Positions 13,261 to 26,200 of a stretch of DNA of 64,000 bases are shown in pieces. Source of the stretch: Eledone cirrhosa. Lineage: Eukaryota. Each line of letters begins with the position of its first letter. Within the stretch, counting starts at the first letter, position 1. The notes under the pieces are model-generated. The model was not told where the DNA came from, did not search any database, and saw nothing but the letters and a program-made list of their open reading frames with translations. Both the position numbers and the translations under genes were made by a program. The stretch is from assembly GCA_964016885.1 (NCBI GenBank), contig OZ024741.1, positions 392,460,001 through 392,524,000 of the forward strand, written 5' to 3'.

Positions 13261-16200
13261 GTGTGTGTGTATTCTGAAATTCATATCAACACATCTTCCT
13301 GCCCTTGTATTGTGTATGTCAGAGGTATTAATTTAGTATAATGTCAAATGACAACCACAGTTAATCCCAATTTACCTCCTTTACATTATATTGTAAATAT
13401 GTATGACAAGAAATAATATTATTATTAATTATGGCATTATGGCAAATAATATGAAAGATCCTTGAATTGGGAATACTATTTTCTAATGTGCAATTCATAG
13501 AGTGAAACTTTGAATTAGCAGTTATATTTACCATATTTTACTGTACTAATACATCCTCCACATATTATTATTATTATTATTATTATTGAATTGGCAGAAT
13601 TGGTAATGCATCAGACACTATACTTTGTGACATAGAGTTACGCCGCTTAACATTCAGATTTCAAAACCCACCGAAGTTAGCTTTGCTTTTCATCCTTACA
13701 GAGTCAATAAAATAAAGCACCAGGAATGCGCTAGAGTCGATTTAATCGAATTTTTCCCTCCACAAAATTGCTGGTCTTGTGCTTATAGTAGAAATCATTA
13801 TTATTATTTATTTCATTTACTAAGCATCTTGAATATCTACTTAATACATTTTGATGAATTTAATTATTCAAATTAATATAATAATATAATACCTCCAAGT
13901 CAACCCACTAATTTATTTACAGGAAGAATTATCATTCTTAATATTACATATTTATCCATCCACCTTAAAAACACTCATACATAGAAGAAAGAAGGAAATA
14001 CATCACAACACCTTTTATATATATATCATAAAACATTTCAGTAAATAAATCTTGTAAGAATGCAGAAATTAAAATTTATTCACTTATAGATAACCTTTTA
14101 ACTGAATATTCACAAGTAGCATGCAATACCATGAATAGATTGAAAATAATTTAGATTGGTATTTTATCGAAAATGTAATAATGGCTTTGATAAATTAACA
14201 ACAAATGAATACTAGAATGAATTACTATAATGATCATGATTACTAAATTTACTTAGTTTTATTCATCTTATTTTGTTTTCTTCAATTTATATATTTCTTC
14301 CTGTATCTAGAGGGAGTATTTAAGTTATTTTATAATATTTTAATTCTCTAGAAGTAAAAAAAACAAACTTACAAATGATAATTTAAGAAACTAAGTATGA
14401 ATAGCGTTTCTTTTCACTGAATATAAATACTTTCATTATGAGATTAGTTTAATAAACATATCTCCTGCTTTTAATTGATGTAATTCTTTTATAATTATTA
14501 TTTTAAAAGATTTTTCTATCTGTGAAACAATAGAACAATAAAGGAAATATGTTGCAATGTGTTATTTTTTTTTAGAAATAAATATAAATGTATTGTATTA
14601 AAATCTAAAATGTCATAATGGTTGAACAAAACATTGAATTATGATTGAATATAGAACAAGACCACCACAGCAGTGCATAGATTTGTATATTTACACAAAT
14701 ATTGCCAATAACTAAAATTGTTCACAATATTGATTGACAGATACACAAACAGTAAACAGAGAAGCAACAGTAACTGATAGTTTATAAAACACCCATGCTA
14801 CTATATTCAATATTTCACCTCTATTAGAGGGGAATGTGTTATTTTTAACAACAGTAAATAGTTTAAAAAGAAAATTAAATTTAATAGATTTGTTTTTTAT
14901 AACAGGAACTCTTCAGTCCTGAAAAAAATCTAAATTTCTAAACTTTATAAATTAGATAAAAAAAAAAAAAAGAATTTAATTTATATTAGATAAAGAGAAT
15001 ACTAAAAACGAATTATATTTAACAGGAATATTTGTGTCATTTTAAGAATAAATCCAAATTTTCACATATATATACTTAGTTTTTGAGTTTGGGAAACTAT
15101 CTGTATGGACATTAAGCAATATTTTGAAGATATATATATAAACATTTATAAAATTCTGATATAAACTCTACAGTAATTTTCTTTGAGTTACATTTAAAAT
15201 ACCTTACAAATTTAATTTTGCAGTATAGTATTATTTCATTTTCTCTTTTACATCAGTTTTTTCATATATATTTTTTTTTACTTACAGTATTTACCTTCTT
15301 TACCACTAATCAAGCAAAAACATCTCTTCTCTTGGAGCACACCAGATATTTTTTATTCAAATCAATCTGTGTCAATGCATTTGTTTGTAGCTGAAGAATT
15401 TAAAATTGTCATTCTGTTCCTTGATTAAGTGGCATTTTGTATCTATACATATACACGTATGTACTAAGAGAGTGTTAGTGATTTAATCATTGCTAATATT
15501 ATGGCACTTATCTAGCATTGGTATAAGGCTACAAACTTTAGACAAGTAATATAATGATACTGTTCATTAAATCAAACACCAGTGTGTGGTTGAAACTTAT
15601 TTTATTGATACAGTGATATTAGGTAATGTAACTAAATACTTTTAAGTGAGTTGCTAGGTACTCTGCTGACTCTGCTATTTATTATCTTCATGTTAAGAAT
15701 GACTATTAATAAACATTTAATATCATTCAATGAACTTAATATAGGTTTTTACAAACAGTTTCTTTGTTATTTTCATGAATGTTGCCCATTAGTTCTATTC
15801 TTTTGAACTATTAAAAAAAAAGGAAACTGGAATGTTATGTTATTTAATCTTTCTTATACTATTGCAGGTGTATCACTATGAAGTTAAACCATTGGAATAA
15901 ATCCATATGAAGAGAAATAGATTGAAGAGTCTGATAAAGAAATAAAGCCAGGTCTTGTGTACACTATTTGATGATAATGGAAGGGACATGTTAGGTAGTG
16001 GTGATCAGAAAGATTTTGTATCCAGTGATTGTATGTATGAGATGGTGATGGGAGTGGTGAAATGGTGAACATGTGACAATGTTTGGGTGCAAGTGAGATA
16101 GAATGTGATGCATGCACCCTTTAATTTGCAGGTATTATAAATAGTCCGAAAATGTTTCCTATTTGATAATGTTCAGTAACATCTCCCAATTTTTGTGTGA

Positions 16201-17329
16201 GGTTTATGCAGGATGGTATGTCATCCATTTAATCATTTTAGATGGATAAGAGATGAAAATAATTTACTGCCTAGTATATACATCATGCAATTATCAGAAA
16301 ACTGACAAGGTAGTTGATCTGAAGTGGGAGATGTGGGAGTAAAGATTGTTGCATAGCATGATGATGTAAGATGAGTTTCCTTGGTTAGGTAGTGATAAAA
16401 CACATTAAATGCTGAATATTTTAGCACTTAATGTGCTTCTGTGTGTAAGATGAAATAGTCAAAAGTATCCAGTGTAATACTTCCAATAAATCCAATATAT
16501 TGATATTACACTAATAATATTTTGTTAGGAGTCTTAATGAGATTCATGGTTTTACTCACCACAGTAGAGATCTTTTATACATACATTTATATACATGCAT
16601 ATACATATATATACTTAGATATAACTTTGATAGGTTTTGGCAAGTATTGGCCTATACCATGTCTAACGTAAGAGCACCATACATATATACATACATATAT
16701 ATATATACACGTATATATACATATATATACACATATATATACATACATATATACATGTATATACACATATATATACATATTTATAAACATATATATATAT
16801 ACATATATATATACATATTTGTACATATATATATATACATATTTATACATATATAAATACATATATACATAAACATCATCATCATCATCATTTTATGTCC
16901 ACTTTTCCCTGATTGCAAGGGTGGGATGGGTCCTATTCAGTACAGCATCTCTCCATTCGTCACGGTTCTTTGTCATCTCCTAGTGAGTGTCAGCAATTTG
17001 AGGTTAGCTCTCACCACCTCCGCCCATATTTTCCGTGGTCTTCTTCGACTGCGTCTTCCTTCTACTGGGATTTCTTGGTACATCTTTACCCAGTGGTCAT
17101 CCTCCATGCGCATCACATGTCCATACCAACTCTGTCTTCTCTCCAGCACACTAAAGCCTATCCCTCTTATACACAGTTTCTCTCTCAACTCATCTATGCT
17201 TGGTCGTTCACACACATTGACATTGCTTGCTTCATTTCTCTCCAGCCATCGCATATCCTCTGCAGTTGCTGCCGTGTGTATATATATATATATATATATA
17301 CATATGTATATATACACACACACATATAT

Positions 17330-17360
<31 letters not shown>

Positions 17361-19192
17361 CCTATATACATATATTTATACATATATAAACATGTATATA
17401 TATATATACATATTTATACATATATATATATGCATATATAAGCATATGCATATATATAAATATATATACTATTGGTCGCTAAAGGGTTCTCTCTAAAAAT
17501 GAAAGGCAGGCTGTATGATGCATGCATAGGAACAGCAATGTTACATGGCAGTGAGACCTGGGCATTGTGTGCAGAGGATATACGCAGACTGGAGAGAAAC
17601 GAAGCTTGCATGCTCCGCTGGATGTGTAATAGTAATATATGTGAACGGCAAAGCATAAACGAACTAAGGGAGAAATTAGGAATAAGTGGGATCAGATGTT
17701 GTTTACTCGAGAGAAGACTACGTTGGTACGGTCATGTGATGCGCATGAAAGACGACAGCTGTATAAAATAGTGCAGGGCGATAAAAATAAACGGTAGCCA
17801 CGGAGTAGGCAGACCCAGAAAAACCTGGGACGACTTGATAAATTCCGACCTCACACACTTACACCTCTCCAAGACAATGTCACTGGACCGAGATCTTTGG
17901 CGCTACACAGTTATACAGAAGACCCGCCTTGCCTAAGTACAAAGCGAAACCTACAGTCAGTAGGCACCTCTAACAAAATACACCCCCGTCCCACTACCCC
18001 CACCCCATCCACACCACCCCCTAAAATGTGAAATTATGTTGGTACCCCATCCAGTCCGAAACAAATGAGGTCGTGTAGGTGTCACGACAAAAAAACACAC
18101 AGCCCACGCTGTAATGTGGCCGTGTAGGTAACACGGTAAAAACCTCCCAGTACACACTGTAAACGTGGTTGGTGTTAGGAAGAGCACCCAGCCGTAGAAA
18201 ACCCGCCAGACGTGTAGGTGTCATGACAATAAAACACACAGTCCACGCTGTAATGTGGCCGTGTAGGTAACACGGTAAAAACCTCCCAGTCCACACTGTA
18301 AACGTGGTTGGTGTTAGGAAGGGCATCCAGCTGTAGAAAACCCGCCAGACAGTCCTGAGCAAGACAACCAATCTTGCCTCAAGTGGACAATTCCCGTCCA
18401 GACCCATGCTAGCATGGAAAATGGACGTTAAACGATGATGATGATACGTATGCATATATACATACACATATATATGCATACAGATGTATACAATATTAAA
18501 TTTTGGTAGCATCTATCTATCTATCTCTATATATATATATACAATGATATTAAATAAATGGAAACTATATTTATAAAACCATATTTATTTTATTATATAT
18601 ATTTCAAGGGTACCAAAACACTTTGGTACGCTTTCTTCAGATAAAATACAAAGTTTGTTTTATAAATATATATATATATATACATATATCAAGGCAAATA
18701 ACTTTGTATCTACTCTGGGATTTTATACATAAATTTACCTATTGAGTACACTGAGATGCAAGCGGTTCTAGCAGTGAAACCTTATGCTACTCCCGTTAAC
18801 CTCTTATTATATATACATATAATTGTTTCTACTTTAGGCACAAGGCCAGCAAATACCCAGTGCATTACTGGTACTTTATTTTATCGACCCCGTAAGGATG
18901 AAAGGCAAAGTTAACCTCGGCGGGATTTGAACTCAGAATGGCAAAGCATGGCGTCCGACTCTCTACCGATACTGCCAATCCACCGCTTATTATATATACA
19001 TATAATGGCGGTGATTTGGCAGTATCGGTAGAGAGTCGGATGCCATGCTTTCCAGCATAGTTACGTCCCTTTACGGACTGAGTTCAAATCCCGCTGAGGT
19101 TAACTTTGCCTTTCATCCTTTCGGGGTCGATAAAATAATGTACCAGTAATGTACTGGGTAATTGCTGGCCTTGTGCCAAAAGTAGAAACAAT

Positions 19193-19269
<77 letters not shown>

Positions 19270-20265
19270 ATACACACACACACACCACCCACCATACACA
19301 CACATATATATATATCATCATCATCATCAACGTTTAACGTCCGTGTTCCACGCTTGCATGGGTTTGGACGGGGGTAGTCCCACTTGAGGCAAGAGTGATT
19401 GTCTTGCTCGCATAGGACTGTCTGGCAGGTTTTCTACAGTTGGATGCCCTTCCTAACACCAACCACATTTACAGTGTGGGTCTGGGAGGTTTTTACCGTG
19501 TTGCCTACACGGCCACATTACAGCGTGGACTGTGTGTTTTTTGTCGTGACACCTACACGATCTCATTTGTTATATATATATACATATACTTATATATATA
19601 TTGTTATATTTGGGGAGGTTCATATTGTTATAATATTGCCAGAAATAATAATAAAACACACTCACTGTTTGGTTTGAATTGCTTTTTGCTTCTGTATATT
19701 TTATATTTATGTATACGGTTGAAAATATACATATTTATGTATATAAATATAAATGTATAAATGTATATAAATATAAATGTAAGACAATATAGTAATTCTA
19801 TTTTTTGATAGACTATATATATAAATATATATATATAGTCTATCAAAAAATAGAATTACTATATTGTCTCAAACTCCCCTATGGTCAAGTTAATCCGAGA
19901 GTGTACTAACTGCTTTTTCTAGCAAATACGATATTCACTTTCTGTCCACCCTACTACCTGTCTGTGACCACTGTATCATGTATTAATTTCTCCCATCACT
20001 TGCTACAAAAGAAAGTCCTTTTTCTTGACTGATGTATTACATGTTAATTCCTCCCTCCACATGTAGAGATTTTCTCAATTGCTGCAAACACATCAGGGAA
20101 ACATTCCTTTTTTCCTGAGGTATCTCTTGAAAAGCAGATTTGCCTCACAACGATAATGCATTTTTATAATGCACAGTTGCACATGGTTTGGGGAAACTGC
20201 AGTCAGGACTTTGAAGAAAAAATAGGTATATTTTTTTCTATCATTTCCTCATATTTTGTAATTTG

Positions 20266-20297
<32 letters not shown>

Positions 20298-23200
20298 ATT
20301 TATGTATAAATATACATAGATATATGTATATATAGAACAAGGATACCTGCCCATTGGAGAACAAATGCTTGATTAACTACATTGTTTACAAATGTAATGT
20401 CATTTTACACAACAACAAAAATACATACATTGGCATGACTTTCAATAGTTTCAAAACTGTTGGTACTCCTATACCCATTCATTCAGAAGACCGGACAAAG
20501 CAAACGAAACCACACTAGCATATATACATAATTTCATACACACACACACACATATATAGTAATAATAAATGTGAAGACTAATCTGAAGAGGGCTCATATA
20601 CATATATACATATCATCATCATCATCATCATTTTACGTCCGCTTTTTCCCTGCTTGCAAGGGTGGGATGGGAACTGATTCTGGCTTGATTTCTACAGCTG
20701 GATGCCCTTCCTAACACCAACCTCATTTACAGTGAGTGCTGGGTGCTTTTTTGCCATGGTACCTCCACGACCACTTTGCAGTGGAATGATAGGGACCCCA
20801 GTCCCCATCATCTCATTTCTACAGCTGAGTAAACTGGAGCAATGTGAAATAAAGTATCTTGCTCAAGGAAACAACACATCACCCGGTCTGAGAATTGAAC
20901 TCACAACCTTTCGATTGCAAGGCCAATGATCTAACCACTAAGCCATGTGCCTCCATATATATATACATAAACTTACATACACGCGAGACCAGCTGAGCTC
21001 TTGGATGTTATCCAACCATCTTGCTTGGGCTCTATTCGTGGGTCTCCTGGCAGTTGATTTTTGCCCATAAAATCTGTCCAGTGTTTTATTCCTGAATCAT
21101 TCTACTCACATATCTGTAATATCAGAGCTGTGATTTCTGAATTTGGAGAACTAGTGGCTCTACCTGGAGTGACTTAGTTTTTGCAGCACTGATTTTCATT
21201 CCAGCCATGCGGCACACAGCATCAAACCTATTCTGCATGTCAGAGATCACTTTCTGATGAGTTAAGTAATACCATGTCCTCTGCAAATTCCAAGCAACTG
21301 ATCCTCACCTGTCAGTCATAGGATCAGTCAGATGGATTAATAGTTGTGCATGTCAATTCTGTTCATGAAGATTATGAACAGGAGAGATGACAGTATGTAC
21401 TCTTGGCAGAATGTGTCTCCCTCATCATATTTTTTTAAAATTTAGCACCATTTATCTGAACAAATACTCAGCCATTTGTATAGAGATATCAGGGCAACAA
21501 GAAACTGTCTATCGATCCTATTCTCCTGCAGAACCTTCCTCAGCAGGTCCTGTGGAATGTGATCATATGCCTTTTCAAGTTTACAAAACATCATGAAACC
21601 TCAACACGAGTGTCAGCTCTGAAGATTGATGGAAAAGATTTTGGTATGCAATGACAAGTCAACATAAGTTTGTTTCTTTTGTTTAGGATTGGAATAAAAA
21701 GGTGAGTAATAAGTAGTTTCTTAGTAAGATATTGGCCACAGTTCTTCCATTCATCATTTCTTCTTAATGCTGGTATCTCATTGAGTATTATTCATGCATG
21801 GCTAATGTTAACTCTTATTTCCAAATATGTTTTGAAAGTACCATGTTGTTGTCCAGATTTTTGTTACAAAATGGACACTTCTTCAAAGGTCATTTGCACC
21901 AGCACAACTATCATTAATACTGTTTAGATAATTCATTGATTTTTACACAACACACACACACGCACACATCAATCTCTCTATATTTGATTCAGCAAGTTAG
22001 GATGTCTAAATTCCTAACTACCTCAAAATATTTGTTTCTTTGACAGGAAATGATGTATTTAGAGAAAACTTGGGTTTATAAACAAACCCAAGTTCAAACT
22101 TACTCTTCATATATTTCACATTAATTCCCCATTAGATATTGAATAATATTTTCAATGGTTATTAGTTAACTTGTTTTCTTATAAGAATTTGGATTCTCAG
22201 ATTATTATCCTTAAATATATCTTTCAAATTATTTATTAAAATCCTTTTTAAAACAGTTACAGAAACCGAAATATTTACTATTTTAAAGATTAATAGTCAC
22301 CTGAATTTCTTTTGACACAAAACATTTTATGTCTTACCTATGAGCTCAAAGGCAATGGCTATATTTAGATTGAATGGGAGAACATATTTAATTAATTTAA
22401 GAAAATTAGTTCTCAAATGATTTTTCTATTTTTTCTATTATTGCTATAACATACTGATCATGCTATGTATATAGCTGAAGACATTTGCCTATTGGCACTA
22501 AAATAAAACAATTTAAAAAATATATATATTAATGTATAAAATATGACCGTTAAATTACAAAACCAAATCAATTTCTTAAATAGCTTAAATTTCTTAAAAA
22601 ACTAAATATGTAAAAAATATATTTTTTTAAATTTATGAATTTAAAAGAGTGTCTTGATGAATATTGCAACCCTATTACTGGAGCCCAATATAGAATCCAT
22701 CTTAATAGTAAAAGGCTTAAATTTAAATAGAAAAACAATCAATATGAAACCACATTTTGATAAACATTTTCAAAGTGCATCAAAAAACTAATGTATAATA
22801 ACTATACCAGTTTCCTTGTGTTATTTGACTGAAAAAAAGAAAGAAGACACAAATAGAAAAACAAAAGGAATTACCACTTTCCTGAAGACACTTATGATCA
22901 ATTTAGTCTATGGGAGAGATTTCAATTTTAACTTTTTAATTTGTTTGTATAAAGATAGTAACAAATTAATAAATGTTTCTACTTTTGGCACAAGGCCAGC
23001 AATTATCCAGTGTATTACTGGTACTTTATTTTATCAATCCCATAAGGATGAAAGGCAAAGTTAACCTCGGCGGGATTTGAACTCAGACCATAAAGGGCCG
23101 TAACTCTTTGCTGCAAAGCATGGTGTCCGACCCTCTACCGATACTGTCAATCCACCACCAGTAACAAATTAATAATTGTTTCTACTTTTGGCACAAGGCC

Positions 23201-26200
23201 AGCAATTACCCAGTGTATTACTGGTACTTTATTTTATCGACCGCGTAAGGATGAAAGGCAAAGTTAACCTCGGCGGGATTTGAACTCAGAATGGAAAGGG
23301 CCATAACTCCATCCGTCAAAGCATGGCGCCTGACCCTCTACCGATACTGCCAATTCACAGCCCTGTAACAAATTAATAATAACAGTAAAACAGGATGGCA
23401 TAACAGAGATTGCTATTTTCATTAGCATATGTGTTTAATTAAAATACTCACAATAGAATTATCTTGTCGATATTATTATAAATTATGAATGTTAATATAT
23501 TAAAATTAAACTACTTTTAATAAGCAGAAGTATTAAAAGCTTAACCAGAATATACCAGATAATTTGAGTAAGTGTTTCATCAATGATATTTTCATACATC
23601 TATACCATATCTTCCTATTTTAGTTTATCTGCTAAAGCTGAAACTATAACTAATTTTATTTTGAATAAGTAATTCTAATTGAAAAGTAGATATTTTTTAA
23701 AGATTAACATGTGTTTTGATGTGAAAACAATGTTAAGGGACTGAAAACAAAACAAGACATTACTTATTATGAACTGTATGAATATTCACAGTTGAGTGAT
23801 GATAAAAGTTTTTTCCACCCTGATATATTCCATTAAAAATACATGATCTGTTTAAATGTGCAAGAAATATGTCAACAGATATGTTTGAAAGTTTAGTAAC
23901 GTTTTAATTAGTTTACCACTTACTGTGTGAATGCCACAAGGAAATCACATACAACATCTCGTTGTCCCTTGGTGAGAGAGCGGCACTTTGTATATCTGTA
24001 TACGGTATTCAAAGTGTTGTCCATCAAGGCAGATACATGGTCAGCATCTCTAAAGAAGTGGCAATGGGCAGTCATTAAGGGTAGGACGGAGTTACACAAG
24101 TATCTGTTGAGTGCCAATGCCATATCACTTTCATCTGGGGTGACCTTCAAAACAAATGCAAATTAAAACATTGTTTGGTGTTTGAATATCTTATTACTAT
24201 TAATAACTTTATTGAGTTACATGTACAATATTTCAACAAGAAAATCCTTAGTCATCAAATAAATGTCAACTTGCTAAGTTTATCATATTAACATTTTAAC
24301 CTACTATGATATAATGTTAAATGACAAATAAATGAAGTTTCAACATTATTTACAGTAAACAATGAGAGAAACCATCTGTTCTGATGTAATGTTACTAAGA
24401 CATGTCCAATATAGAAAAAAACAATTTCAAAATTACCGTCTAAGGTCACACAAAAAGACACTGTTTATAATTAAAAATCCAGCAATCAATAATTCTAACT
24501 ACCTTATTCTCTTCCATCAAGAGTAGAAATAAATAAATGGATAGATTCCTGTCAGTCAGGGAAGAAGTTGTTGCATAGCACCAGGTCAACCATGTTTGAA
24601 CAGGCCTATGATCAAAGGCAGTTCTGATCATTTGTCTTTTTATGGCTATCTAGGATTACATTATCTGATGTGATCTTCCTTGTGAAAGATGATAGAGTTA
24701 TTTGAGGGAGATTAAGCTGCTGTTTCTAACAGGTCCATTGACCTCGTAGAGGCTACCTTTTTGGTTTGCCACTCATAAAATTGATTCTCTCTCTGACATT
24801 ATCTTATGTCTGTGATCAAGCCTGAACTGACAAATGGCTCAGTCAGTTCACTTTGCTAAAAGTTGGTACTGTAGGGTCAGTTTGCAGTACTAAAATGAAC
24901 TCTTCCAGTAGCTACAGCTTGAAGAAGGTTGATTTATGCTAAGCTGATTTGCCTAAGATAGACAATCATTAGTGGGAGACCTGTAACCCAATTGACAAAG
25001 AGACTTTTTATAAACTCATTTCTATCATTTTAAATAATTTTCTTAAAACTATTCTCTAATTCATTTTGAAATTAGCCTACTACTACCACCAGTTTTACAT
25101 CCATTTTTCCATACTGGCATGGGCTGGTTGAGATTTTTGAAGCAGAATTCTATTGCTACTTACTTTTCTTGATACCAGCCATCACTTGTTTTTTATGTAA
25201 AATACAGATCTTCACACATCTAACTACTGAGAAGCAGGATATGAGTTTGTATAGAAAATTGACAAATAGGCTTGTTTGCAATGTCAAATATGAAGAGAAG
25301 TGACACAAAACATGCAAACATGAATGCATACATATGTATACGAGATGCTTCCTTACAGTCTCCATCTGTCAAGTCCATCCAGGTTCCATTGATCAGCTTG
25401 AGGCTACTGTACAAAAACTTGTTCAAGGTGCAATACAGAGGTATAGAACTCAAGACCAAGTGGTTCCAAAGCAAACTTCTTAACCACACAGCCATACTTG
25501 ATGATAAGGTCATGATCTAATGGGAAACTATAATACTTACTGTATCCAATGATGTTGCTGCTCGAAGATCAGGTAAGAAACCATCTTCTAGTAACCTGAA
25601 GAAAACAGTTCGGTCTGGTATTCCATAAACTCTTTCCAAAAACAACACAATTGCTGCTTTATGCGTAGGTACCAATCCAGGAGGTAATGGAACCGGTACT
25701 CCTTCTGAAAACAAACATAAAAAACATCACGTATAGAAAAATACATTCAATACTTAATAAATTGTGTATGAATCTCTGTGTGTATATGTGTGTGTGCAAA
25801 TGAACACACATACTTCCCTCATACATTATAAATATTATCCATTATAAACAAAAATTTCAAAGAGTAAAACAATTAACGTATTCAAAATCTAATTTGATCT
25901 TGAAAAGCTGGCAATTTCTAACACCAACCTCTCAAAAAAAAAAGAAAAAAAAAAGAAAAAGTCGAACAATGAAAATATGCAATGGGTTAATAATAAAGAA
26001 CAACAATGTTAACAAGCAGATCCTTTAAGATTTTTTACTCGCAAGCCTCAATATAAATATACATAATTTAGCAACAGTCCATTATGCTAGAGCCAGCCAT
26101 GTGATGGCATGAATGTAACATATATCAGCTTGCAATCAATTATATTAACTCCAGTACTTAACAGGAGGATGATGGGCAAAGTAGACCTTAGCAAGTTTTG

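Noticed and set aside
16587-17496. Tyr/Ile/His-rich ORFs
   Set aside because: Translations of (TA)n/(CA)n microsatellites and LINE antisense
19007-19100. tRNA gene
   Set aside because: A/B boxes belong to a multi-copy SINE head and there is no full cloverleaf; the same applies to 58350-58428
19904-19922. Plus-strand TACTAAC, pyrimidine tract and AG suggesting a nested antisense exon
   Set aside because: All three downstream frames stop within about 35 codons and no partner exons were found; likely chance
20430-20600. Partial hammerhead-like words (ctgaagagggctc; gaaagtc)
   Set aside because: Cannot be assembled into a complete fold
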